Shown here: piece by piece, positions 40,701 to 49,476 of the stretch
Layout of the letters: each line of letters opens with the position of its first letter
How positions within the stretch are numbered: the first letter of the stretch is position 1
From: Spirochaetia bacterium
Lineage (GTDB): Bacteria; Spirochaetota; Spirochaetia; CAKZLE01
Assembly: GCA_963677595.1 (NCBI GenBank)
Contig: OY782041.1
Coordinates: forward strand, 1,792,001 to 1,856,000
DNA length: 64,000 nucleotides
Reading direction: 5' to 3'
Made by a program: the position numbers and the translations under genes
Notes under the pieces: model-generated
The model's database searches: none
What the model was told of the DNA's origin: nothing
The model's input: only the letters and a program-made list of their open reading frames with translations

Positions 40701-41917
40701 ACCTGCTCGAGCTGATCAACGATATCCTCGATCTCTCCAAGATCGAGGCGGGCAGGGTCACGATCAACCTGACCGACTTCAACCTCCATACCTTCATAGA
40801 CGACATTCGTAACCTCTTCTACCTCCCATCGACGAGAAAGGGGCTCTCCCTCGATTTCGAGGGGAAGGACGCCATCCCCGAGTTCATCACGGCTGATGAG
40901 GGCAAGCTCCGGCAGGTACTCATCAACCTTCTTGGGAATGCGATGAAGTTCACCAAGGAGGGCGGGATCGCCGTCCGGCTCGATTCCGAGGAACGCCCCG
41001 AAGGGACCTTCCTGCTCGGCGAGGTCGAGGATACCGGGGTCGGTATCCCAGAAAAGGATATCGCCACGATCTTCGACTCCTTCAGGCAGTCGGAAGCGGG
41101 GAAGCATATGGGCGGGACCGGCCTCGGACTTGCCATCTGCAAGCAGATGCTCGAGTTCATGGGCGGGAGCATCATCGTCGAGAGTACCTTCGGCAGGGGG
41201 ACCGTCTTCCGGTTCGCCTTCCCCATCACGCAGGCTGAGAAGATCACCGAGAGGGAGAGCAGTATGCTCGACCGTGAGGTGATCGGCCTCGATGAGCGGT
41301 CAGGGAAGGTGAGGATCCTCATCGTGGATGACCGCAAGGAGAACCGGGACCTGCTCGAGGAGATCCTGATGCCAATCGGCTTCGTCACCGAGCTCGCGGA
41401 GAACGGGAAGGAGGCTGTGGAGAAGTTCTTCTCCTGGAAGCCGGACTGTATCCTCATGGACCTGAGGATGCCGGTCCTCGACGGGTATGAGGCGACCAAC
41501 CAGATCAAGAAGGACAAGCTCGGCAGCAGGGTACCGGTCATCGCGGTCACTGCCAGTGCCTTCGAGGACGACGAGAAGGAGGTCCTCCGCGCAGGCTTCG
41601 ACGGGTATATCAGGAAGCCGTTCAGGAGGGGGGAGCTCTTCGCTTCCCTACAGAAACTCTGCGATATTACCTACCTCTTCAGCAACGGGTCGGGACCGGC
41701 AGGGGAGCCTTCCGAGCCCGCAGAGGATGATTTCTCCGAACTTTCGGCTGAAGCTGCCGCACAGATGCTTGAAGCTGTCGAGCAGGGTGATATGATGTTA
41801 CTGGAGGAGCTGATCCAGGGAATAGAAGAGGACTATCCGAGGATAGCGCAGACCCTGCAGGAACTTGCAGGACGATATGATTATGACGGGCTTATGAACC
41901 TGCTGGCGAAGGAGTGA
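37709..41917 (+). CDS. Cytoplasmic hybrid histidine kinase (about 5 PAS, GAF, HisKA, HATPase, REC)
   Basis: SNMSHEIRTPLNAI, NLLGNAMKFT, DTGVGI, GGTGLGL, ILIVDD...MDLRMP; start MDRSEW after AGGAGG. Confidence 0.93.
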   Translation: MDRSEWFSSKMQVLDECIYLTARSPLSEAEVFQKITDLLPKAFQMTAPVSVELEIGLKSYRDVHYQRRDASLTEVLKADGEEVGSIRVLYDRFPDDVDKLAILSDERIFLTTITQILSGYLVKSQSAREYRTYESRAKDFLDSFKDVFYEISQDGTVLYVNDQIESVIGYTAGEVIGKNILEFVSPEDSELVLAQLGMLGSDDARFDIPARHKNGTTIWLSLSAKSITDPDGKKTLRGTIYEATTSMTSRLDLETREALYRNLINSQSNLVFQIDVRGKITYFNKRCKEYFGWIYPASIIGEKPLKTVQTYHHKRVLSYIKKSYEHPEQIFQAELDHYGKDDTTVTILWEFVSISDEHGKVSGIQLQGVDITKRKKVEKDLLIYKESVDQANIGVVLLGEDNTHIYVNEQLCRFFRQEKEAFIGKRMEEIHPLWVLERVADLSIKLARDGEFYSEPIDFERKDGSRFSTLINGKLLYDRNGRFLCKSISMLDVTDQKMQDDRIRESELQLSRAQEIANMGSWSYGLTDGSCEWSDNCFRLVGKTIGDDPWSMEEMFGHIIPEDRHIFQEAMESFGKGSENANIQFRMHIDDDGIRWFYLFIQPEFRDGEMTAIHGVSIDITKEQEAQVRELEAQERAKRQRKAIAEVISDEAVINGKMPDAMEHIAKVISAALDIQYVRVLMLSENQKILKCVLGYSSEQQCFLKGRDFAVADYPRYFKALKKKRRLAVYDAAASPLVDELRDELLAPCGVSSMLDYGISLGGRLIGILSLWYVPSPRLWFPDEEAFASTIASIISQTFAGIEMRDAVAQLEHSEKRYRTIVETTHEGLWLLDGEDRTTFLNSRMASMLDYSTEELQGSDFFSFVDEEDLDRARRLLSCSAAEGKADEYEFQLIRRDGSTIITSVKSEPVFDEKGTVIGTQKMVLDITDAKRAEEEQIARQAAEEANRSKSVFLSNMSHEIRTPLNAIIGFSQILQRDESLTPKQVDQIQTIARSGEHLLELINDILDLSKIEAGRVTINLTDFNLHTFIDDIRNLFYLPSTRKGLSLDFEGKDAIPEFITADEGKLRQVLINLLGNAMKFTKEGGIAVRLDSEERPEGTFLLGEVEDTGVGIPEKDIATIFDSFRQSEAGKHMGGTGLGLAICKQMLEFMGGSIIVESTFGRGTVFRFAFPITQAEKITERESSMLDREVIGLDERSGKVRILIVDDRKENRDLLEEILMPIGFVTELAENGKEAVEKFFSWKPDCILMDLRMPVLDGYEATNQIKKDKLGSRVPVIAVTASAFEDDEKEVLRAGFDGYIRKPFRRGELFASLQKLCDITYLFSNGSGPAGEPSEPAEDDFSELSAEAAAQMLEAVEQGDMMLLEELIQGIEEDYPRIAQTLQELAGRYDYDGLMNLLAKE

Positions 41918-41925
41918 GGGAACCA

Positions 41926-43035
41926 ATGAACGACAATGAAAGACGCGACACGATCATGATCGTGGATGATACACCGGCTAACCTGAAAGTGCTGCAGGAA
42001 CTCCTCCTCGAGGAGGGATACCGGGTGGTAGCCTTCCCAAGGGCCCCGATGGCGATCAAGTCACTCGACCGGACGCAGCCTGACCTGATCCTCATGGACA
42101 TCATGATGCCGGACATGGATGGCTTCGAGGCCTGCCGGGTCATCAAGTCGATGCCGGGTGGGAAGGATATACCGATCATCTTCCTCAGTGCCCTGAGCGA
42201 TACCCTGGATAAGATCAAGGCCTTCGGGTCCGGGGGGGTGGATTACATCACCAAGCCCTTCCAGAAGGATGAGGTCGTCGCCAGGATCCATACCCATATC
42301 AGCATGCGGCGGATGCAGCAGGAGCTCTCCCGCCATAACCGGGAGTTGACGAAGATGGTGGATGAGAAGGTGCGGGAGATCTCAGACTCACAGCTCTCCA
42401 CCCTGGTGGCCATCACCAACCTCTCGGAATCCCGCGACAACTTCACCGGCAAGCACATCGAGCGGACCGGTATCTTCTGCAAGGTCATCGCCGAGGAGAT
42501 GATAGCACGGGGGCTCCACCCCGATATCGTCGACGAGACCTTCGTGAAGAACCTCTACCATGCGGCCCCCCTCCATGACATCGGGAAGATCGGTATCCCC
42601 GACCACATCCTGCTGAAGAAGGGGCGGCTCACCGATGAGGAGTTCGAGATCATGAAGGCCCATACGACCATCGGTGCGATGACGCTGCGGAACGTCCTCG
42701 AGATGTACCCGCAGAACGCCTTCATCCACCTCGGGATCGAGCTGGCGATCTCCCACCACGAACGGTGGAACGGGAGGGGGTACCCCTCCGGCCTCAAGGG
42801 TGAGGCGATCCCGGTCTCGGGCAGGATCATGGCCTTAGCCGATGTCTATGATGCCGTACGGTCACGTCGACCCTACAAGGAGCCGGTCTCCCACGCTGAT
42901 ACGGTCGAGATCATCAAGGGTGAGCGAGGCTTCCACTTCGATCCCCAGGTCGTCGATATCTTCCTCGACAAGGGGGCTGTCTTCGAGGAGATCAGCGTGA
43001 AGATGAAGGACTCCGACGAGGGGTCGTTCACCTGA
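41926..43035 (+). CDS. RpfG-like response regulator with HD-GYP cyclic-dinucleotide phosphodiesterase domain
   Basis: IMIVDD, MDIMMPDMDG REC; APLHDIGKIGIPD, HHERWNGRGYP, ADVYDA. Confidence 0.93.
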   Translation: MNDNERRDTIMIVDDTPANLKVLQELLLEEGYRVVAFPRAPMAIKSLDRTQPDLILMDIMMPDMDGFEACRVIKSMPGGKDIPIIFLSALSDTLDKIKAFGSGGVDYITKPFQKDEVVARIHTHISMRRMQQELSRHNRELTKMVDEKVREISDSQLSTLVAITNLSESRDNFTGKHIERTGIFCKVIAEEMIARGLHPDIVDETFVKNLYHAAPLHDIGKIGIPDHILLKKGRLTDEEFEIMKAHTTIGAMTLRNVLEMYPQNAFIHLGIELAISHHERWNGRGYPSGLKGEAIPVSGRIMALADVYDAVRSRRPYKEPVSHADTVEIIKGERGFHFDPQVVDIFLDKGAVFEEISVKMKDSDEGSFT

Positions 43036-43109
43036 TCGTGCAGCGGCGGCTGGAACGAGTTAAGGACAGATAAGGGGCTTTACAGCAGACCTATGATGGA
43101 GGTTCAAGG

Positions 43110-43277
43110 ATGGAACGAGTGAGTTTCACTGATTTCAAGGAGGAAGCTCTAAAAGACCCGGAGGTCCGTGAAGCGTATGAAGAGCTGAAACCTGAGTATG
43201 AACTCCGAAAACGCTTGATAGCACTTCGAAAAGAGGCCGGATCGAACCAGAAAGGGACTCCATCCGAAGAAGCATAA
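43110..43277 (+). pseudogene. Truncated XRE/HigA-like HTH antitoxin remnant
   Basis: Hand translation MERVSFTDFKEEALKDPEVREAYEELKPEYELRKRLIALRKEAGSNQ; breaks at the HTH, and a shifted frame gives LHPKKHNI; GGAGG RBS. Confidence 0.7.
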
Positions 43278-43330
43278 CATCCCCATCGATTCTACCCGGT
43301 AAGCACCATAATACGTGTGCCGCTTCCTTT

Positions 43331-44326
43331 TCAACTCTCCCGTTCGATGAGTTCCGGGGTATAGACGACCGTCTTGGTGAATGAGACCTTCTGGTCTATC
43401 AGGTCGAGCAGGGCGTTCGCGCTCTCGTAGCCGAGGCTGTACTTCGGCACCCTGATTGTGGTGAGCTTCGGGATGGTCATCTCACTCATCTCTACATCGT
43501 CATGGCTGATCACGTTCACCCGTCCCGGGATGTCTATCTTCAGGTCATAAAGCGCCCGCAGGACCCCCATGGCCATCTGGTCGTTATAGACGAAGATCGC
43601 GTCGGTATCCGGGTGGCTCTGCATGAGGGTGACCGTCGATGCGTAGGCTGCCTCCATCGAGCTGTCGCACTGGAGGATCCTGCCCCGCTCAAGCTCGATG
43701 CCGGACTCCTTTAGCTGCTCCTTATAACCTTTGAGACGATCCCGGTTGCAGGAGACCTTGAGGTGGAACCCGATATAAGCGGGCTTCGTCCTGCCTTTAC
43801 TGCAGATATACTCCGCGGCTAGCCGGCCGCTCCGGTAGGAGTCGGTGATGAAGTAACTCTGGGTATTGAGGTTCCCCTTCCTGACGATGGTAATATGAGG
43901 TACATGGAGCTGGTCATAATCGAGTTCGCTGACCAGGTCCTGGGACGGGACGATGAGCAGCCCCGCGACCCGGTTCGCCGCGAGGGTACGGAGCATCCGG
44001 CTCTCCCGCTCGAGGTCCTCGTTGCTGCTCAGCGCGAGGATCGTGTAGCCCGACTTCACGATGGCATCATTGATCCCCTGGAGGATCTTCGCATAGAAGG
44101 CATTGTCGATATGGGTGACCACGACCCCGATGGTCTTCTTCGACTGGGTGCGCAGGTGGCTTGCCGAGGCGTTCGGGATATACCCGAGCTCATCGGCGAT
44201 CTTCCTGATCCTCCGCTTCGTCTCCTCCCCGATGTCGCTCTTGTCCTGGAGAGCCCGGCTCACGGTATTGATCGAGACCTTGGCCTTGTCTGCAATATCC
44301 TTCAGGCGTACGTAACCCATCAGCAT
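43331..44326 (-). CDS. LacI-family transcriptional regulator
   Basis: VRLKDIADKAKVSINTVSRAL, GYIPNASASHLR, PKLTTI. Confidence 0.95.
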   Translation of the reverse strand: MLMGYVRLKDIADKAKVSINTVSRALQDKSDIGEETKRRIRKIADELGYIPNASASHLRTQSKKTIGVVVTHIDNAFYAKILQGINDAIVKSGYTILALSSNEDLERESRMLRTLAANRVAGLLIVPSQDLVSELDYDQLHVPHITIVRKGNLNTQSYFITDSYRSGRLAAEYICSKGRTKPAYIGFHLKVSCNRDRLKGYKEQLKESGIELERGRILQCDSSMEAAYASTVTLMQSHPDTDAIFVYNDQMAMGVLRALYDLKIDIPGRVNVISHDDVEMSEMTIPKLTTIRVPKYSLGYESANALLDLIDQKVSFTKTVVYTPELIERES

Positions 44327-44340
44327 CTCCCCCTAATGCC

Positions 44341-44352
44341 ATTAACGTTAAT
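44341..44352. promoter_or_regulatory. LacI operator (autoregulatory copy)
   Basis: ATTAACGTTAAT perfect palindrome. Confidence 0.7.
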
Positions 44353-44424
44353 CCTATTATAGATTATTTTTATACGTGTAATAAAGAGCAGAATAGTGAT
44401 ATTCATGATTTTCTCATTTATTGT

Positions 44425-44453
44425 TTGACAAATATGGGATTCGATCCTATACT
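44425..44453 (+). promoter_or_regulatory. Sigma70-type promoter of the 44.5-56.2 kb operon
   Basis: TTGACA-N17-TATACT. Confidence 0.8.
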
Positions 44454-44457
44454 TTCA

Positions 44458-44473
44458 ACATTAACGTTAATGT
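44458..44473. promoter_or_regulatory. Main LacI operator
   Basis: ACATTAACGTTAATGT perfect 16-bp palindrome over the expected +1. Confidence 0.8.
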
Positions 44474-44494
44474 AACGTACAAAAGGAGAATCTT

Positions 44495-45772
44495 ATGAAC
44501 AAACGACTGATGCTTACGCTCTTCGTCGTGCTCTGCCTGGCATTCCCTGCCGCCCTCACGGCACAGGGACAGACAGAAGGAGAGGCAGCCCCGGAGAAGG
44601 TAACATTCTTTCACTACTTCTCAGGGACCCTCGCCGGTGGGATCGACGATCTTGTGGGCAATTTCAATGCGGAGAACCCGGAGTATGAACTGACCCATAC
44701 CCCCGTGGACCATGAGGCCTTCAAGACCTCCATCAGGGTCATGCTCTCCGGCGGCAATCCGCCGACCCTCTTCTCATACTGGGCCGGGGCACGGGTACAG
44801 TTCATCGTGGATGCTGACAGGCTCGAACCCATCGATGATGTCTATGAAGCATTCGGCTTGAACGATACGTTCAGCGAGGCTGTCAAGATGGGGGCAACCT
44901 ATAACGGGAAGACCTACTTCATGCCGCTGACACAGCATTATGTACCCTTCTTCTATAACAAGGCTGTCTTCGAGGCGGCCGGGGTCACCCCTCCGGCAAC
45001 CTGGGATGAGTTCCTCACCGTCTGTGAGACCCTCAAGTCACAGGGGATCGTCCCGATCGCCCTCGGCTCACGGGAACGATGGCCGGCACAGTTCTGGCTC
45101 GACTACCCGCTGCTGCGGACAGCAGGACCTGCCTACCGTGCAAACCTCATGAACGGAGAAGCCTCCTATACCGACCCCGAGGTCGTGAAGGCTTTCGGTA
45201 TCTGGAAGGAACTGCTGGACAAGGGCTATTTCAACGAGGACCCCAACGCCTATGACTGGGCTGAGGCAGTCACGATGGTCGGGACCGGGGAAGCAGCCAT
45301 GACCCTCATGGGTACCTGGTTCATGCAGCTTGACGAGCAGATCGGCTGGGAAGCCGGTAAGGATTACGATTACTTCCCGTTCCCCGTCATCGACCCGTCA
45401 GTGCCGGATGCCGCAGTCGGACCGATCGACGGTGTCGTGCTGGCTAAGGATGGTGATGCCAAGGAAGCCGGGAAGGAAGTACTCGGCCAGCTCGCAGGGA
45501 AGGGGCCGCAGGCGACCTTCAACAGCGGGACCGGTGCACTGGCCCCCAACAGCGAGGTCTCCGACGATATCTACAATGCCCTCCAGCTCGACGTGAAGGC
45601 GTACCTCGCGACCGTCCCCAACTGGGCATACAACTATGACCTGGCAACCCCTCCGCCGGTAGCGGATGTCGGCCTCGATGCATTCACGAAGTTCATCGAC
45701 GGGCCTGCCGCCTACCTCGATATCCTCTCGGATACCCAGAAAGGCGCAGAAGCGGCCTTCGCGAACCTCTAG
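44495..45772 (+). CDS. Carbohydrate ABC transporter substrate-binding protein
   Basis: Signal peptide ending AQGQTE; FFYNKAVF, PATWDEF, GEAAMTLMGTW. Confidence 0.93.
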   Translation: MNKRLMLTLFVVLCLAFPAALTAQGQTEGEAAPEKVTFFHYFSGTLAGGIDDLVGNFNAENPEYELTHTPVDHEAFKTSIRVMLSGGNPPTLFSYWAGARVQFIVDADRLEPIDDVYEAFGLNDTFSEAVKMGATYNGKTYFMPLTQHYVPFFYNKAVFEAAGVTPPATWDEFLTVCETLKSQGIVPIALGSRERWPAQFWLDYPLLRTAGPAYRANLMNGEASYTDPEVVKAFGIWKELLDKGYFNEDPNAYDWAEAVTMVGTGEAAMTLMGTWFMQLDEQIGWEAGKDYDYFPFPVIDPSVPDAAVGPIDGVVLAKDGDAKEAGKEVLGQLAGKGPQATFNSGTGALAPNSEVSDDIYNALQLDVKAYLATVPNWAYNYDLATPPPVADVGLDAFTKFIDGPAAYLDILSDTQKGAEAAFANL

Positions 45773-45783
45773 GAACCGTATCT

Positions 45784-45816
45784 TCCTGTGATGTAGCGAT
45801 CGGCTGCATCACAGGA
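45784..45816. terminator. Intercistronic stem-loop after the SBP gene
   Basis: TCCTGTGATGTAGC-GATCG-GCTGCATCACAGGA. Confidence 0.65.
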
Positions 45817-45845
45817 GCCTTCTTACCCCAGATTAAGGATACTGC

Positions 45846-46712
45846 ATGAAACAGAAACTACTTGCCTGGCAGTTCCTCGCGTTGCCGCTGGCGATCTACG
45901 CAGGAATCATCATCATCCCGTTCTTCGGTTCGATCGTCTACAGCTTCACCGACTGGAACGGTATCTCCGAGACCTGGAACTTCATCGGGCTGAAGAACTA
46001 CCTGAGGGTGTTCACGGACGTGAACTTCAAGGGGGCCCTGCTCCACAACGTGGTCTGGGTCATCTTCTTCCTCGGCATCCCGACGCTCTTCGGGCTCCTG
46101 ATGGCAGTCCTCCTCGATTCGAAGGTGAAGGGGGCGACCCTCTTCAAGTCGGTCATCTACCTCCCCATGATCTTCTCCTACGTCATCGCAGGAATGATCT
46201 GGACCTTCATCTATGAACCGAGGCTTGGCATCATCAACCTGGCCCTCTCCCGAGTCGGCCTTGACGGGCTTACCACCGCGTGGCTGGCTAACCCTGATAC
46301 GGCCCTCATCTCAGTCATCCTCGTTGCTGCCTGGCAGCATACGGGACTGTGCATGATCCTCTTCCTTGCCGGGCTGCAGGGCGTCCGGTCCGACCTCATC
46401 GAGGCGGCACAGCTCGACGGCTGCGGAGAGCGGCAGGTCTTCTGGCATGTCGTCCTGCCGCAGCTCTCGAACTCGGCGATCATCGTCATCTCCCTGACGG
46501 TGATCAACTCGCTCAAAAGCTTCGACATCGTCTATATCATGACCAAGGGCGGGCCGTTCAGGTCCTCTGAGGTGCTGACGACCCTGATGTACCGCGAGGC
46601 TTTCTGGAACTACCAGATGGGCTACGGGAGCGCGGTAGCGAACATGCTCTTCTTCATCGTACTGGGGATCATATTCCTCTATCTCAGGACCCTGGTAAAG
46701 GAGGGGAAGTGA
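45846..46712 (+). CDS. Carbohydrate ABC transporter permease
   Basis: SFTDWNG, DLIEAAQLDGC EAA loop, MTKGGP. Confidence 0.93.
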   Translation: MKQKLLAWQFLALPLAIYAGIIIIPFFGSIVYSFTDWNGISETWNFIGLKNYLRVFTDVNFKGALLHNVVWVIFFLGIPTLFGLLMAVLLDSKVKGATLFKSVIYLPMIFSYVIAGMIWTFIYEPRLGIINLALSRVGLDGLTTAWLANPDTALISVILVAAWQHTGLCMILFLAGLQGVRSDLIEAAQLDGCGERQVFWHVVLPQLSNSAIIVISLTVINSLKSFDIVYIMTKGGPFRSSEVLTTLMYREAFWNYQMGYGSAVANMLFFIVLGIIFLYLRTLVKEGK

Positions 46713-47548
46713 TGCAGACAGCTAAGAATCCGCTAAAGAGAGCAGTGATCTACCTGGTCATCCTGCTCCTCTGCCTCATCTTCCTCATCCCCGTCTACGG
46801 GGCGGTGACCACGGCATTCCGGCTCAACAAGGAGATCATCCACGAGGGATTCTGGGTGCTGCCCTCGAGCCTCACCTTCGAGAACTTCCAGAACGTCCTC
46901 TCTGACGGGAAGCTCCTCGGTTTCCTTCGGAACACCTTCCTGGTGACCGGTACGGCTACCGTGGTATCGATCGCGCTCGGCTGCCTGACAGGTTACGCCT
47001 TCGGGAAGCTCGAGTTCAAGGGGAGCGGCCCGCTCTACCTCGTCGTCATCGCGGGCATGTTCTTCCCGCCGCAGGTCGTGCTCATCCCGCTCTTCAAGCT
47101 CTTCAACACCCTGCACCTGCTCGATACAGTCTGGGCCCTGATCCTGGTCCATGTCGGCTTCGGTCTGCCGATCTGCACCCTCATGATGACCAACTTCTTC
47201 AAGGACATCCCGGATGCCCTGAGGAGTTCGGCGAGGATCGACGGCTGCAGTGACTGGGTGATCCTGCGGAAGATCATGCTCCCGCTGGCGAAATCGTCGA
47301 TCACTGCCCTGGTCATCCTGCAGTTCACCTGGATCTGGAACGACTTCCTCTGGCCGCTGGTCATGGTCAAGTCGGAGTCGAAGATGACGATCCAGATGGG
47401 GATCATGCAGATCAGGGGACAGTACGGGCTCGCATGGGGCAACCAGGCGGCAGCCTGCCTGCTCGCGACGATCCCGACCCTCCTGCTCTTCATCTTCATG
47501 CAGAAGTACTTCATCAGAGGGCTGACCATGGGGGCGGTGAAAGAATGA
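46712..47548 (+). CDS. Carbohydrate ABC transporter permease
   Basis: IPDALRSSARIDGC, WNDFLWPL, QKYFIRGLTMGAVK. Confidence 0.93.
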   Translation: MQTAKNPLKRAVIYLVILLLCLIFLIPVYGAVTTAFRLNKEIIHEGFWVLPSSLTFENFQNVLSDGKLLGFLRNTFLVTGTATVVSIALGCLTGYAFGKLEFKGSGPLYLVVIAGMFFPPQVVLIPLFKLFNTLHLLDTVWALILVHVGFGLPICTLMMTNFFKDIPDALRSSARIDGCSDWVILRKIMLPLAKSSITALVILQFTWIWNDFLWPLVMVKSESKMTIQMGIMQIRGQYGLAWGNQAAACLLATIPTLLLFIFMQKYFIRGLTMGAVKE

Positions 47549-47579
47549 GTGGTATACATACGAAAGTGAGGTTTGATTC

Positions 47580-49475
47580 ATGAGACAAGAGATACAAACA
47601 GATACTGTCAGCAGGAGGAGGGTCCGTGCCCGTGCAGTCGCACAGGCAGGCTCCCTGCAGCAGGCAGTCCTTACCGGGCTGATAGAACAGTTCGAGGACC
47701 TGACGATGAATGAGGTGCTCGTCCTCGGGCTCATCAACCAGGAAGTGCGAACCTTCATCGGCATCTTCGGGCACGGCTCGACCGACCTCGGCGAGGTGCT
47801 GCGGGTCTATGAGGAGGAAGGGCTGCTGAAGGTGATCCCCGTCCACAACGAGGTGATGGCCTCCCATGTCGCGTCCATGCTCGCATGGAAGCACGGGGAG
47901 CGTCCTGCCGTGTTCACGTCGATCGGGCCGGGAGCCCTCCAGGCAGCGGCAGGTTCACTGGTGAGCCTCTCCAACGGGCTGGGGGTCTACTACCTCTTCG
48001 GGGACGAGACGACCCACAACGAAGGGCCGAACATGCAGCAGATCCCGAGGAAGGAACAGGATCTCTACCTCCGGCTCCTCTCGACTCTCGGCAAGGCCTA
48101 TTCGGTCGCTGAGCCGCGGTCGATCTATACTGCCCTGAAGTGGGGGTATGCGGCGGTGAACGACCCCGCAGGCCATACGCCCTTCTTCCTGTTGCTCCCG
48201 ATGAACGCGCAGAGTACGGTCATGGAAGGGAGCAACCTGCTCGAGATACCTGCCCCTAAGGCATCATCACCACAGGTTTCCTGCGATGAGCGGCTCTTCA
48301 AGGATGCAGTTCGTGCGATCTCCACACATGACCGGATCCTCGTGAAGATCGGCGGGGGATCGCGGGATGTCCCGGAAGCGCTGCTCTCCGAGTTCGTGGA
48401 AGCGACCGGGGCCGTGCTGGTCCATGGGCCGAACGTGTCGGGGAGACTCCCCTATGGACATGGGCGGAACATGGGGGTCGGCGGGTCGAAAGGATCGATC
48501 TGCGGCAATTATGCTATGGAACACTGCGACCTGCTGATCAGCATCGGGGCACGGGGTGTCTGCCAGGCAGACAGCTCAGGAACCGCGTGGAAAGAGGTGA
48601 GGCAGGTGGTCAGCATCAATACCGAATGTATCGATGCCTACCAGTACAACCGTACGATCCCGCTGCTCGGGGACGCCGCCCTCGTCATCGGGAAGCTGCT
48701 TGGGCATCTTGGGAAGGTGCCGGTATCAGGGGAGAAGCAGGCATGGATCGATGTCTGCAGTGCCCGGAAGGAGCGCTGGCGGGAATACAAACGGGAACGG
48801 TATGACCATCCCGTCCTCTTCGATGAGGCCTTCGGCAGGAAGGTGCTGACCCAGCCGGCGGCGATCCGCTGCGCTGTGGGGTTCGCCGATGCCATCGAGG
48901 CCTGCAAGGTCTTCGATGCAGGGGATGTCCAGGCGAACGGCTTCCAGATCGTGGAGGACAGCTCCTACGGGAGGACCATAACCGATACCGGTTCCTCCTA
49001 CATGGGCTTCGCCGCCAGCGCGATCCTCGCCCATGCGTTGGTCGATACCGAAGAGTATGCGATAGCCTTCACCGGGGACGGGAGCTTCCTCATGAATCCC
49101 CAGATCCTCAGCGATGCCGTACAGTACGGGCTCAAGGCCATGGTCATCATCTTCGACAACCGGAGGATGGGAGCCATCTCGAGCCTCCAGAAGGCCCAGT
49201 ACGGTATAGACTACGCCACCAACGATTCCGTCGCTGTCGATTACGTGCAGCTAGCCTCCTCGTTCGCAGGGGTGAAGGGGATCTTCGGCGGCTATGACAC
49301 ACAAACACTGAAACAGGCCCTCGTGGAGGGGTATGAGTATAACGGACTGTCTGTGATCCACGTGCCGGTCTACTTCGGGGATGACCCGAAAGGCGGCCTG
49401 GGGACCTTCGGTTCCTGGAACGTCGGATGCTGGTGTGACGCAGTACAGCAGGAAAAACATAGGATAGGACTGTAG
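47580..49475 (+). CDS. ThDP-dependent enzyme, divergent IolD-like (cyclic 1,2-dione acylhydrolase family)
   Basis: GIFGHGS, HNE..ASH, TSIGPGA, GSSYMGFA, GDGSFLM...FDNRRMGAI ThDP motif. Confidence 0.78.
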   Translation: MRQEIQTDTVSRRRVRARAVAQAGSLQQAVLTGLIEQFEDLTMNEVLVLGLINQEVRTFIGIFGHGSTDLGEVLRVYEEEGLLKVIPVHNEVMASHVASMLAWKHGERPAVFTSIGPGALQAAAGSLVSLSNGLGVYYLFGDETTHNEGPNMQQIPRKEQDLYLRLLSTLGKAYSVAEPRSIYTALKWGYAAVNDPAGHTPFFLLLPMNAQSTVMEGSNLLEIPAPKASSPQVSCDERLFKDAVRAISTHDRILVKIGGGSRDVPEALLSEFVEATGAVLVHGPNVSGRLPYGHGRNMGVGGSKGSICGNYAMEHCDLLISIGARGVCQADSSGTAWKEVRQVVSINTECIDAYQYNRTIPLLGDAALVIGKLLGHLGKVPVSGEKQAWIDVCSARKERWREYKRERYDHPVLFDEAFGRKVLTQPAAIRCAVGFADAIEACKVFDAGDVQANGFQIVEDSSYGRTITDTGSSYMGFAASAILAHALVDTEEYAIAFTGDGSFLMNPQILSDAVQYGLKAMVIIFDNRRMGAISSLQKAQYGIDYATNDSVAVDYVQLASSFAGVKGIFGGYDTQTLKQALVEGYEYNGLSVIHVPVYFGDDPKGGLGTFGSWNVGCWCDAVQQEKHRIGL

Positions 49476-49476
49476 C

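Noticed and set aside
43149-43334. 61-aa minus-strand ORF
   Set aside because: No recognisable features; antisense to the antitoxin remnant
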